A stretch of 51,893 nucleotides of DNA, taken from contig MQRK01233713.1 in NCBI GenBank assembly GCA_001938485.1, positions 1 through 51,893 of the forward strand, in the 5' to 3' direction. The notes beneath the pieces were generated by a model. The model searched no databases. It was given only the letters and a program-made list of their open reading frames with translations, and had not been told where the DNA came from. The DNA is from Girardia tigrina. Taxonomy: Eukaryota. Positions within the stretch are counted from its first letter, which is position 1, and each line of letters begins with the position of its first letter. Below, in pieces: positions 33,609 through 47,110 of the stretch. A program made the position numbers and the translations under genes.

Positions 33609-36600
33609 TAGTGTTTGGAAAAGCCCGATACTTTCAAGTCCGCTCGGGCTCGAGATCAAGCCCAAAGAGTTTTTCGGGCTTTCGGGCTTGTCCCCAATAT
33701 TGAAAAAAAATTAAGTCATGTTTTACAGTAATAATAATCAATGTTTTATTAGACATTTTCTTTCTCACTAAATACATTTTTTCGTACTGACCACTACCGA
33801 TTTTCTCGATAATATCGTAACAATTGATTAGCAAACAATTTAAAATTTTCATCAAAAAAGCTTTATTCAAAACTTTATTTTTTAATACACTATCAACAAC
33901 TTTAAAATTTCCACCAGAAAAATCCAAGTTCATTTTTATAAAATTACAAAATAATTTTTTTATCCAGAACAATCTTTGTTAATGATGAAGTATTTTAAGA
34001 AAACAAGAGCACTTAAAGATTTATCTGATAACCTAGGACGTAATTTTGTACAGAACTTATTTGCAACAGAAAAGGATCTTTCTGCGTCAATTGATGTTGG
34101 TTTAATGGTGATAATAGCACCTAATAAATGCTTTAAATTTTCGGTTAATACACCATTATTTTTTGATAATAAAAATTCTTGTCGTGTTTTTTTATAACGA
34201 TCGATTTACTAGAAACTACGAAGAGTAGCAGATTTTAAACGATTTTTTAATTCTTCCTCTATTGAAATATTTTGATTGATATTTTCAAATGAATTGTTAT
34301 TATCTTCGATATCGTCAATAAGTGAATCGCTTATGAAAGGGAAACGACGTTTCAATAGGGTTGTTGCCAGATCAGTCGAAGTCTTTGTAAAATGATCAAA
34401 GTTGTATAAAGAATTCATCAGATCAATTAGCTGTTGATTTATTCTTGAATTGATATAATGATTAATGTTCGATAATAAAATCGAACTGATTTCTTAATCT
34501 TGAGCTGATAGTTTTTCAACCATAAAATTTATAGCAATACTTGCCTCTGAGATTAGCTTTTTTATCATTTATTGCATTAAGGGTAATTTCAACAGGCTTA
34601 AGTGACAGAAAAATATGTTTCAATAAGTCCAAGTTTAAATTATCAAGATGTACTGAGCCAATTTCATTCAATACTTCCTTGGTAAAATCGTATAATTTGA
34701 TAAAATCTTCTAACACATGAAGCATCAAATTCACACGATTTTTGCAATCAATTGACAATTGATTTTCAACATTAAATTTTTCAAGACTTTTGGATTTGAA
34801 ATCATCTGATCTGATTCCTGATTTTTTGAAAAAGTTTACAATTTTTCTCACAATATCAATGTTTTTTTTAAGATTCATTTTTGATTTCAATAGTTTGCTC
34901 ATCAATTTCATCTAAATCATCAACAAATACATCATCAGAGCCATTTTCTTCGTTTAATTCAATTTGGTTTATATTTTCTTTGTAAAATGTCTTCGTTACA
35001 GCCAAGTGTAATGCATGATCTAGAAAAGCTTGATATAAAGCAGGCGATTTATCACCAAATTTGATCATAACACTTGCTCCATCATCAGTACTTGCAACAA
35101 TATCATGTTCGAAGGAAATGCCAAATGAACTGAGATGTTCATCTACTAAAAAGGTCATTCTTTCCGCATTCAAACTTCCTACAATTCTTATAAGACCAAG
35201 ATTTATACATTTTAAATCTACAGTGTGAAGATTTATATTGAGAAAACGTCTGTTTCCTAAACTTATCCATTCATCCAGAGTAATTGAAAATTTTTTTGAA
35301 AGATTTAAATTTTTAATAATTTCTGATTTGACTTTTTCCTTCACCTGATCTGAAAATTTCTGAATTAAAGCCATTACTGATTTCACGTCATAGGGTAGTT
35401 CGAATAAAATTCATTCGATTAAATTCTGAATGAGTGGTTCCGAAAAGAAAATCCATCTACAGCCGCCATTTTTGATACAATTTCTTCAAGTGAAATCTTA
35501 TCTAATGTTTTCAAAACAGAACAGACATTTTGTCGTTGTCTGATATTGTCGTTGATGTTTGATCATTTATGGACATTATTGGAGGAGTTATGTGTTGTGG
35601 AACGGTGTATGCACAACACGAGGATTGTGTAGCCATTATGTTGTTTGCTATGATAGCTAGTTCCTTTAAATCCGTTATCGCGGTACCGGCCAATATTGCT
35701 TGTACTAACGGTGGGAAGGCTTTTAGGAAAAATCTTTTCAAAACTCCTGTGTCTTTTCCAATTGTAATGCAGTGGTGCAGTGCTTCCAGATCTGAAGTAA
35801 CTCTTTCTAAGAAAGCAGATGGCATACTGTTACCTAGAGATTGGGATGTAAAGTATTTGGTAAATATTTCCTCAAAACTTGGTGTGAAAGACTGTAGCAG
35901 ATGGCGTTTCAGTTCCAAGTATTGTTCCTGCGTTTTCGCAATATCTGGTAATTTTAATGCTATGGATTGAAGATGTTCCGGCGGAAGAGTTGCTAGCGTA
36001 TGGTGAAACAACGACTCTTGTGAAGTTATACGCTGTGACTTCAACCGTAGTTCCAGCAGGTCGAGCCAGCATTGCGGACTGCCTAGGGCATCCAAGAAAT
36101 ATGGCAACGGTGTAGATGGGAGCGATGTAGCATGATTTGAGTCTTCAAACGATGAAGGTTGGTTCATACCCCTTTTTAGCCTTGGCAAAGCGGAAATCTG
36201 AGATACGTCGCTAATTCCGTAGTCGCCTACTGTCAGATAGGAACGTAGAGGTTTGGTGGTGTAGAGTAACCAGACAGAATATCCCGATTTGAGTTAGTTG
36301 AGATAAGTATTAGTAATGATCAAGGGTATTGTTTTTTGTAGACGCAAATGAAATATTAATTTTAATAAAAATAGAATCAGTTTAAATTAAACACGCAAAT
36401 ATCACAAAATGATAAAAATTCGGATCCGACAATGAAAATACAATTACTTCCTGATTATAATTCGGATCACAGTGATGAATTTGTTCCGATATTGTTATTC
36501 GAATGTTAATCCGTCCAGAGCATCGCAAAATTTCGACTGTGGATCGATTTGTTCTCGACTGGGCATAACGTATTGACATTACGACTTCGGTCACCATTTT

Positions 36601-37704
36601 GGCGTTTGGCGATCGGCAGCAGATACATCGGTTTTTGACTTTTGAGACCATTTTAGTAACCAGAAGAGTTACCAGTTTAATTTGCTCTAAAGACGCCGTT
36701 TTAATCAACAGTTGACAATTTATTTTGGTGAGTATAGGGGATCCTGATTTAGTGATAAGTATGTGAAGTCTCTTAGAGACTGAGGAATCGCGCAGCTGCT
36801 GCAGGTATCGGAACACGTGAGCGGGATCATCCGGACGCTCGTCAATCGATCGGTCATATCCAGAATGGAGGCCAGAGCTATAGCTGTCGCATAAAAGCTT
36901 ACTGGATCGAGATGTCTCTTGACGAAAACGTAACGGGCGGCCATCCTGCCCGAAAATCCCTGAAGTGACTTTTAGTCCAATAAAGTTTAATGACATATCA
37001 ATTTCGAAAGTATAGATGCAAATAAATCGATGAGAAGTTTTATTTTTAACACAGAGAATCGGATCGACAATTCATAATCATTGCAACACCACGCTTTTAG
37101 TCTAACATCAATTTCTAATTAATAAACAAAACTTCTTTTTTTAACAAAGTTATTTCTTTTTAATTCTTTTCGATTTTAATTAATTATTGTTAAATTTTTG
37201 GCAATTAATGAATTTTATCACAGTTTCTTTTTTTTAATTCGTAAATTATAATTCATATTAACATTTGTAATTCAAAATCGAAATTAAATTTATGATTATC
37301 CTCAGTATTTTTAAATTTCAGTTGCTGATTCTATTTTTGCTTTACTAAATTAGTTATTTCTAATAGTAGAATCGATTTTGAATTAAGTTTTTGTAATTGC
37401 AGTTCACTGCTGCATCAATTTGATGTTTACTACTTAAGTGGCGATGAAGTGTTGTAGTATTTCCTTGCGACACAGGAAATGTTTTTCCACATTTATTGCA
37501 CTTATATATCTTTTCTTTATTTATTTTTATATTTTCTTGTTATTCACTATTTTGAAAAACATTAATAAAAATTTAAAATTTAAAAAAAAATGCTGTTGAA
37601 AATTTTTTAGTAAGAAAGTGTTTAAAAGCATAAGCTCGAAGCCCGTCGGGTTTCAGGCTCGGTCTTCGGGCTTTGGCCTTGAAGCCCACTCATTCCAAAC
37701 ACTA
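33609..37704 (-). mobile_element. hAT transposon with both ends and 8-bp TSD
   Basis: TIR tagtgtttggaa / ttccaaacacta; TSD catacatt at 33601-33608 and 37705-37712; subterminal (tc)gggct repeats. BED finger KCNKCGKTF...LHRHLSSKH (~37420-37503), FSITLDEW, STDDGASVM and PTSIDAERSFS. Confidence 0.95.
35521..37263 (-). mobile_element. 5' portion (LTR, PBS, gag) of a Gypsy-type element nested in the hAT
   Basis: ORF 35511..36188 is gag-like (PQCWLDLLELRL...ITSQ..., YLELKRHLL). Minus-strand TGGTGACC at ~36596 resembles a tRNA-Trp PBS. Putative LTR starts TGTTAAT at 37263. hAT coding sequence resumes on both sides. Confidence 0.75.
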
Positions 37705-38353
37705 CATACATTCATTTATATACTTTTTTACGATACCCAGAATTCCTTTTATCCCAAATCAATAATTGTTCTCATTAAGCTAATGCTTCACTCCACCAAA
37801 ATGATTATTTCTCTTGTTCTCCTATTAAAAGCCGCATTTTCAAACTGTTCTTATATAAAATTATTAGATAATGCGTTTTGCAATCCTATAACTCAACGTT
37901 CACTAACCGACAATTAGCTTAAATCTGCTCGCATTCATTGATTCTTATATTCATTTCAATCAACTTATTTCCTCTAGAGACCTTTCCGTCTAGGTTAAGT
38001 ACATCTATCTCCTATTTTAAAATAATTTCTTTTGGTCCACTCGGAAAATCTCTATTCCTTGCTCATTAATTTAGTCATCAAAACTTGGTCTTCTCTTCTG
38101 TTCATTCTCCAGAATATCAAACAATGAACTCTTTCTATCTAAAACTTGAAAAAAGGAAAACTTAGTAAAAAAGATAGGCTGGTTACGATGATCATTTTAA
38201 ATATATAGTAAAATGTAATCTTTTTTATCTTTTCTAGATTTTTATACAATATATTTGAAAAACAAAGGTTAATAAAGTTTTGAAATTAAATATAAATCTT
38301 TCTTATAATAATCATTGATACCTTATTTAGATTAATGTATAACATGGTTTCAG

Positions 38354-38452
38354 AAATCTGTTAGGCAAATGCATACTGAAGAGAGTAATGATAGTAAAAG
38401 ATTCGTCGACAATGAAGACGAAACTTTACAAATGAAGGATAAACAATCAGAT
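38354..38452 (+). CDS. Host gene exon H (99 nt): KSVRQMHTEESNDSKRFVDNEDETLQMKDKQSD
   Basis: tttcag|AAA...GAT|gttagt; open frame. Confidence 0.7.
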
Positions 38453-39741
38453 GTTAGTTTTTGTTCATTTGATTATTAACAATGCCTTATGATTCCTTAA
38501 GAGTTCAACAAATGTTGTAGAAATGCAATTTTACATTTTAGGAATTAAAAAATATCTTCTTCTATTTTTTGTTAATATAAGATTTGGTTTCGGAATTCAG
38601 TCGAGATCGGCAGTGGCTCGTTCCTGAATTAGATGAAATTTCCAGTTAGTAAATAGATACGAGGACCTGCGAATCCCCGGTCTCAACTTCCAAGATGGAA
38701 GGAGATTTATTTTTCATTTCCCGGGTTAAACTATTACGTTCGATCATAAAAAATGACCAGATTTAGAAATACGTAGGAAGTTATCAAAAATATGTATTTC
38801 GGTATTCATATAACAGTGTTATATTTAAAATTTGTGTACATCACCCTTAAATTTTTAGTTAATTTAAACCACAACGTGCAAATTTCATTTTTAATTAATT
38901 TTTATCGCAGTTTTCTTTTTTTTAAGTTTTTCTAAAACATTTTTTGTGGCTATTAAGAACACCAACATGGCTTTTCGAACTTTTATTTTCAATACAATTA
39001 GAATTGTCTTTTGGACAACTCTCAGCAAAGCTTTCGTCATTCGACATCGTTCTAAATTGATGAATTTTAGTTAATGTTTGTTAATAAACAATTATTCGAA
39101 CAAATTTTTCATTATTTTCAGATTTTATTTTTAAAGATCAAATTTTGTAATTTTAGTAATAATTTTATTTACATATTAATTTTATTTAAAAAATGATGTT
39201 ATGTAAAGAAAGAACATTTATTTAATTTAAAACTTAGTTAAAACTATTTATTTTATTTAAATTTTAATATGAAAATTTGAAACGATTTAATATTTTTAAA
39301 GTTTTTTAAATATCTTATGCTGTACTTTAAAATGCAAATTATACTCGAATAATTATTCATCGTGAACATCCAAAATATCAATTTGTCATCTGGGTGGAAG
39401 AAACACATTTCCAAATACTAAACTCAACATACCAAATTTAAAGTATTCCTCACAGTGGCCACTGATGAATTTCTCATTGATTTGACGATTTGATTCTCAC
39501 TGATATAATTTAATGATTCATTTCGGCATTCTAATTGTTGCGATAAAAGATGCATTAGTTACCCTTTAGATCACTTGACATTACTTTCAACGATATCACT
39601 TTGATTTGAGCTTATTTTGACACAGAACTCGATTAAACTTTTGATTAAAATAAAGAAAGATAAAATTAGTTTTTCGTATTGTATAATCTTGATTTTCCTT
39701 GTATAAAAATAACAGATCATGATCTCTTTATTTTTATTTAG

Positions 39742-39861
39742 GAAGAATCTTTGAAAAGGGACAACGATGTTAACAGTGGTTTATCGATGGGATATAAAAA
39801 CATCAGCATTTCAATATCCCAAGTTCAACAAATTCCGCGTCATTATTCCGAAATTTCTAAT
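39742..39861 (+). CDS. Host gene exon I (120 nt): EESLKRDNDVNSGLSMGYKNISISISQVQQIPRHYSEISN
   Basis: tttttatttag|GAA...AAT|gtaagt; open frame. Confidence 0.75.
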
Positions 39862-40499
39862 GTAAGTTCTAATGTAAAGTTATAAAATAATAATCTTATA
39901 ATTAGAGTATTTTTTACTTTAAAAATGTAAAAAAATTATCTTACTTTTTGACTTTCTGGATCATTTTTTAACCGTATTTTGACATATCAAAAAATTTTTA
40001 AACGTATTTTGATCTAAAAATTTCGACTCTAAAATAGAAAAAGAGCAAAACAATTATAAAATTTATTTATTATGCATTGTTATTATGTAAAAAAAACGTT
40101 TTTAGAGCTAAAATCTTTAGCAAGCAATTACCGAGAAGAGAGAAACTGCTCTCTACACAGGCCGTTACATAATCGGCCGGAGAAACGTTGTCAGACTCCA
40201 TTTTGAAAAGTCTATCAATATCGTTATAAAACTTATAAGTTGTAAGGATTTCTGATATCTCTTTAAAATTTTTTGAATTAAACATAAAAACATTTTATAT
40301 CAATATTTAATTATAAAAGTAAAAAATAGAAATTTATTTTAAAATGCGGTATAAAGTTTCAATATTAATAATATTTAAAAATGTTTTAGATAAAATTTGA
40401 AATAATAAAACTCGTAATTAAATAAATTAAAAAACAAATAAAATTTAAAATAATAAAATTAATAAATAAAATAGATTTGAAAACAAATTAAATATAAGA

Positions 40500-41258
40500 T
40501 GCGGAAAATATTTTCACAGAATTAGTTAAATCTCCAGGTTTCACTTCAGGATTCATAATATCAACAAGTAGAATTTATTAATTATTTACAATATTTTTAG
40601 AATACTTAAACAAATAATAATCACAACTTTCCCCCTCTTTAATAATTCGTTATTTACTTTCTTAATCCACTCAATTCTTCGACGAATTATGTTTCTATCT
40701 TTCAAATTCTGTAGTTCCAATGGGTGTGGCGATATATGTCTTAAAATTTGGTACGGTCCATCGAATGGGAAAGTGTCCTTTCTCAGTTTTGTAGGATCTT
40801 GTTTTACAAAGACTTTCTAGCCATTCTCGAAATGTCGATTTGTTCTCTTCTCTCTCTCCCAATTTTCCATTCGTCTTGTCGCTTTCTCTAAATTTTCGCT
40901 TACCTTCATCTTGATCACGTTGCTCTCTTCCGTTTTAGCTATTCCTGCTGCCGCATGTAAGTTTATTTTTCTACCAAACACAACTTCGAAGGGCGAATAT
41001 CCGGTCGTACTCTGAACTGTTGCATTTAGACAGAATTCTATCTTCGGAACAATTTGGCACCATGATCGTTTGTCTGTGTCTCCTCTGCTTATTATTATCA
41101 TGTCTGTCACTGTTCGAATAGTTCTTTCTGCCAACCCGTTTGATTGATGTTGAAATGGGCTAATAAATCTTTGTTCGATTCCATATTTCCTGCAAAAATC
41201 TTTAAATTTTCCGCCAGTAAAACATTTTCCATTGTCTGTTAATATTGTTTTTGACTTC

Positions 41259-41304
<46 letters not shown>

Positions 41305-44140
41305 ATTTTATCAACACGCATTGAACTATGGTGTCTCCCTTTTTGAGTTCTAATCTCTGTCAAAGAGACCAATTTCGAAAACTGGTCCACCATGGCCAAT
41401 AGATATGAGTACATGCTATTCTTGTCACCCATATATGCGATATCCATCACGACTTGCTCTAAAAATTCGTCACTTCTTATTTGAATCAACTTCTCTTTTG
41501 TTTTTTCACTTGGAATTTTTCTGCGTATACATTCCTGACATTCTCCAATAACGATTTGCACCTCTTTCACTAAATCTGGTAGCATAAAATGATTTTGGAT
41601 ATACTTCTTTGTCTTTTTGATACCTACATGGCATAAATCTCTGTGTATTTTCCTGATGAAATCTCTTCTAATTTGCTTCGGAACCAATGGTAACACACAA
41701 TTTCCTTCTTGCCTACCCCATAACTCATTTTGATAAACTAATTGGTCATTTAGTTGTAATAACTCCTTGGTGATTTCATTCTTTTCACCCTCTGCTCTCT
41801 CTTGTATTTGTTTCAACTGATTCAACTCTGAGCAATTTTCTTGTTCATCTTTTATCCATTGAATTGTAGATTGAATCACCACTGTATTGATGTGTTTCAC
41901 CCTTGCTTTTGTTGATTTTGGTTCTTCGTGTTTTGTTTCGTCGTCGTATAGCCCCGATAATCCATCTGCATTTCCATGTTCGTCACCTTTTCTATACTTC
42001 AAATCAAAGTCAAAATCAGCCATGTTTGCTAACCATGTCTGGAATTGAGGAGTTATTGGTTTGGAAGTACTCTTCATATACATTATGATCAGTTCTTGCT
42101 GTAAATCGCTTGCCATATAAATATTATTTGACATGTAACATAAACTCTTGCAAAGCTAATAGTTCCTTTCTTGTCACACAGTACCCTTTTTCGTGTGTGG
42201 TTAAAGTCCTCGATGCATATGTGATTACTACTTCTTTCTCTTCTGATATCTGACTAAGAACTGCTCCTATCGATCCGAATGATGCATCTGTGTCTAAGCT
42301 GAAATTATTATTCGGCTTCATAAATGCTAATATTGGTGTTCCACATAGTTTTTGCTTCTATTCGTTAAAACTTCTGTCCCACTCGTCTGACCAAAATATT
42401 TCTTTACATTTTCTACTGCATGCACTGTGCAAAGGTGCTGCTAATTATACATAATTCTTGATAAATCGTAGTAGTTATATAGACCTAAAAATGCTCGTAA
42501 ATTTCGAGTACACTTTGGAATCGGAAAATTTTGAATTTCTGCCACTTTCAATTTATTTGTTGAGATACCTTCTTTGTTAATTGTATGTCCCAGAAATACC
42601 AGCTCCCCCACTCCGAATTTGCATTTCACTGGATTGACTTTTAAACCTGCTTTCTTCAGTCTATTCAGTACTTCTTCTAATAGTCTTATATGATCCTTCA
42701 TTGATTTTGAGTAAATTAAGACATCATCTATATATATTACTACTCCAGAGAATATTAAATCTTCAAATAATGAATTCATTATTCTCTGAAATGTTCCGGG
42801 TGCTGTTGAAAGTCCAAACGGTACACGGTTAAAACAATACTGCTTTGTTCTTGTGCAAAACGCAGTCTTTTCTTGAGAACGTTCATCCAATGCTACTTGA
42901 TGGTGTGCTTTGCCTAAATCTATACTGGAAAAAATTCTGGAGTCACCCAGAGCATCCACAGAGCAAGGAAACTTTATTTGATACATCATTCATTTTTCTG
43001 AAATCTAAGCAAATTCGAATACCTCTATCTTTCTTTGGTGTACTAACTTTTACATTCCATTCACTTTTACATTTCAGAATTATTCCTACCTTTCTAATCC
43101 TTTCAGAAATCCTTCGATTTGACTTTCTAAATGAATCGATTACCTTCTTGGATTCAGAAAAATCGGTTTACCTTCTGTTTCAATTTTATGGACAACAATA
43201 TCCGTAAATCCCAGATCGTATTCATGTTTCATGAAAACATCATCATATCGTTTCACAATGTCTTCCAGTCGTCTGTTTTGCTCTTGCAGTTTCCTGTCTT
43301 TCTCCACTGTCATAACTGACTTCTTGGTAGTTTTTTCAAGTTTGATTCCGAATTTATGCATGACATTAACACTTCCAATGACTGCCGGTCGGAATGCTTT
43401 CACCACTGAAAAATCTACCGCATGGCACTCTTCTTTCCATTTCAACTTCACTGTCATTTTTCCCAAACACTTATGGCCTTCTGAAAACGCTTCATTTAGT
43501 ATAATTGGGCTCTTTTCTAATCTAGGTTGTCCGATTTCCAAACAAACCTTCTCACTAATAACTGAAACACCCGCTCCACTATCCCACAACATTAATACAT
43601 TGTGATTGTTCGGCTTAACATCGCTCCATCATCTACCATCTGACCCCTCTACTATCTCTGTAATTCGATTATTTGGATATTTTATGCCGACTCCACAGAC
43701 GAAATGCTCACCATGGAGTCTCTGGCGTTTAAATCATCTTCATATTCATCTTTATATGATACGATATCCACGTTGTTTTCATTGTACACATCTTTGATGC
43801 ATTCTACATTAATATTCTTAATATGATTACAGTTTCTGAAACCATGTCCACTTTTCCACAGATTAAACAACGATTATTTAAAGGATAATCTTTCCTCAAA
43901 TGCCCATGTTTTCCACAGCAATAACAATCCTCTCTGGTTAAATGCACCTCTTCTGGAGTTGGAAGTCTCTTTATTTTGCAATATAACTTCCTTGCTTGGT
44001 ACCAAGCCGAATGCACCAGGCGATTATATTGTTGTTTATCTTCTAACATTTTACTGGATCCTTTCTCATTACTTTTATTAAATCTTTCCGATGGTATTCT
44101 ACGTTCCGTTCTTAATATTGGTTGTTTATCGTTTGATTCA
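40500..44140 (-). mobile_element. 5'-truncated Ty3/Gypsy element (gag knuckles, PR, RT, RH, IN, PPT, start of 3' LTR)
   Basis: CYCCGKHGH; LWDSGAGVSVIS; IDLGKAHHQ...PFGL...YIDD; LDTDASFGSIGAVLSQ; IHRDLCHVG...CQEC; TDNG...QSNGLAER; GPYQI. PPT aaagagggggaaagt is followed by TGTGA at 40625. Left LTR boundary not determined. Confidence 0.93.
41261..41301. repeat. (TA)n expansion inside the integrase
   Basis: Visible TA run giving the IYIYIY tract. Confidence 0.9.
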
Positions 44141-44620
44141 TTCAAGATAGGAAGTTTGTTTCGTATGTATTTAATCCATCACTCCAAGTGGTTTATTTTC
44201 CAATTTTCTTTATCAATATTAATGTAATGGGTGTGACGCCATATACATCGGAGAGACTTGTCGTCATCTATTTAAAAGAATTCAGGCACATAATCACAGG
44301 GAAAGTGATAGCAATATTATTCATCATAAGAAGAAATGTTTGAATAGTAAAGTCGATGTAAGTAATTTTAAGATTTATTGTTCACAATTTGGTAATTACT
44401 GGGAGAGGGTGATGTGTGAAGCATTGTTGATCAAATCCCTTGATCCTAAAATCAATGTGCAAACACCATCCTCTTCAACTTTATTGAAAGTATTTTCATG
44501 ATTTATAAATTACTTTATTATTACATAGACATTGCTTTGATATATAAACTCGAATTTATCATTGTTAATTTAGTCTGATGATGACGGTTGATCCATCGAA
44601 ATTGATCACAATATATTTTG
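44141..44620 (+). mobile_element. Penelope-like element 3' fragment (GIY-YIG plus pLTR)
   Basis: From ~44223: CNGCDAIYIGETCRHLFKRIQAH...SNFKIL...ERVMCEALLIKSLDPKINVQ...LKVFS*; homologous to the 19.1-19.4 kb copy. Confidence 0.88.
44570..44612 (+). ncRNA. Hammerhead ribozyme motif in Penelope pLTR
   Basis: tagt-CTGATGA-tgacggttgatccatc-GAAA-ttgatc-acaa, about 75 nt after the GIY-YIG stop. Confidence 0.6.
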
Positions 44621-45041
44621 ACAAACGTTTTTGATTTTTTTTAAAAAGTTTTTTTATACAATTTTTGTAAACTTTAATAAGCCGCACAAACTTTTCCTTC
44701 AACATAATTTTAGAGGTATTATGAACACGAAAATGATTTTCAATACATTTATTGATATCACCACTCGAATTGACACCTGGCAAAAGGTGACAAAGACAAA
44801 ACTTTCGTAGATAGACATTGTTCTTGATTGATAAATTGTGATTCTGTTTCTAAAACATTTAAAATATCAATTTTCTATTTGGGTGGGAGAAACACAATCC
44901 TAAAACAACATACCAAACAACATACAATAAATACCATGCAAAAATGTACCTCACAACTGGTATTCCTAGTATTCAATCATTTTGTATAATCCATGATAAT
45001 TATTATAATTTTATTACAATTTTTTAATATTATTTGTTCAG

Positions 45042-45158
45042 GATCGATCCGTGAGAAACGCCTACTCAGAAATACAACCAGTGACGACGTCTGCAAGAAA
45101 TATCAATATTTCAATATCTCAAGGCCAACCCTTTGACAATGTTTCACAAGATATGAAG
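45042..45158 (+). CDS. Host gene exon J (117 nt): DRSVRNAYSEIQPVTTSARNINISISQGQPFDNVSQDMK
   Basis: ttgttcag|GAT...AAG|gtaaac; open frame; shares NI.ISISQ with exon I. Confidence 0.75.
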
Positions 45159-45565
45159 GTAAACGCTGTATAATGAAAATTTTATTTAATTAAAAGCCAA
45201 TTTTAATATTTATTTTATATATATTTGTCATTTTAATTGTTTCAGTTTAAATGAATATTTTCGAATGTGTTTTATGGTGTTTTTTTGTTGCTTTAGAGTG
45301 GCGCCTCTTCTAATTTAAACGATTAATTGATTATTAAAATCATCCAGTAATTTATTCAATTTAAATTTTAAAATCATATTTTTAAATTTTAAAAGGATAA
45401 ACATTTCAAAAATGAGAATATAATCAAATAATATTTTGAAAATTTTCAATTAAAACATATTAACTAATTTAAAATTAGTGTAATATTTTTTTAAAATATT
45501 TAATAAAATTAAAATCGAATATTTATTAATATCTAAATAAATAATTATTAAATTTAATTATTATA

Positions 45566-47110
45566 AATATGTATAAAATATGGACAACTTGCATGATTTG
45601 TATAAAATAAAAATTTCTATATAATTTCAACCCAGTTTAATAATAATTTAACAATAAAAACTTGAAATCTCTAAATAATGGCGATTTATTTCAATATGAA
45701 AACAGTTTGTATTAGTACAAAAGTAATATGACAGCTTATATATTTTTTTATAAACATAAATTAGGGCGGTGTAACACCTCCTTTGGCTTCAATAATAGCT
45801 TTTGTACGTTTCTCCATAGTAGCTAAAAGATTAAAACAAGTTTCACAACTTATGCGGGTCCAAATGCTAAATAATCTTTCAATCAACTCGTCCTTAGTTT
45901 TTGGTTTATATACTTTTAATTTTGACTTCATAAAAGCTCCAAATTTTTAATAGGGTGTAAATCTTGACTTGATTAAGGTCAATTTATTACAGAGATTTCA
46001 TTATTTTTGAACCCACACTTGCTTGAGTTTCCATTGTGACAACTGGCTCTATCTAGTTGAAAAATATAATTTTTAATTGTGGCTTGATTGCATAATCAGT
46101 AACAGATTTAGACTCGAAATTTCTTGAAAATGAGCAGACTTTACTATATCATCAATGATATGTACATTTTTCACACTTTGGGCGGTCATGGAATCAAAAA
46201 CCATCACAGATTCTGAAAATTTAATCTTTCACTCCAGGCTGTTTGAATTGAATAATTCTTTAGAATTCCGCCGTATGTGAGTACTGCAATCGGATAGGCT
46301 GATTTTGAATCTGGATTAATCACTAAATATAACCTTCAGTCATTATATCGAAAAACATTTTTTATGTTTTTGCCAATTTTAATTTCAATATCTTTTGTTT
46401 TTTTTTGCTAAAAATGGTTTAAAAATAATGGATTAAAATAAATGATAATTAAAATATAAACCAACCTTATAATATTTATAACAGAATTTTGTTGATTCCT
46501 CTTTTACATGTACTATTAGACACGTTCTTCTTTATTCCTGAAGTCCAAATAATTTTAATTTCTTTTAACGATTTAAACCTGTTCTACTTGATTATTTTGA
46601 CAAACTACCTGTCATCTCTTGAGTCTAATATTTGGTCTTCCCGTTTTCCCGGTTTTTTAGTCTTTTTGATTTAATTATTCTTATGTTATCATAAACTGTA
46701 GATTTGGGAAATCGAAGCATATGAGCAATTTTTCTTATGGAAAAGTTTTTTCATGTAGATTTGAAATTGCTTCCTTTGTAGTGTGTAATAATTCGCTTCT
46801 AGCGATTTTACTATTCCGAAGTACTATAAACCATGGTAATTGTCATATTTAAACAGAATTTATTATTACTTTTCGTTAATTTAAATAAATTTCTTGATGA
46901 TTTTCGAAGATTTATTAACATTTTGAAAGGTTTTATTTAATCTGTCCTGTCACTTTTAAACCAAATCAAATTGTTTTCAGATTGAAATAAATTTTTATTT
47001 AGAGATTTCAAGTTTTTATTGTTAAATTATTATTAAACTGGGTTGAAATTATAAAGAAATTTTTATTTTGTACAAATCATGTAATTGGTTCATATTTCAC
47101 ATACATTTAT
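45566..47110 (-). mobile_element. Decayed Tc1 element with long (~145 bp) TIRs
   Basis: 45566-45710 is the reverse complement of ~46967-47110. Minus strand FSIRKIAHMLRFPKSTVYD, YIFQLDRASCH, SQDLHPI and TKAIIEAKGGVT. Confidence 0.88.

Noticed and set aside
36382-36996. 204-aa minus-strand ORF
   Set aside because: Spans the putative LTR/PBS/leader of the nested element; no recognisable motif.
40070-40285. YVTACVESSFSLLG, possible hAT dimerisation remnant
   Set aside because: Single degenerate motif with no termini; too weak to call.
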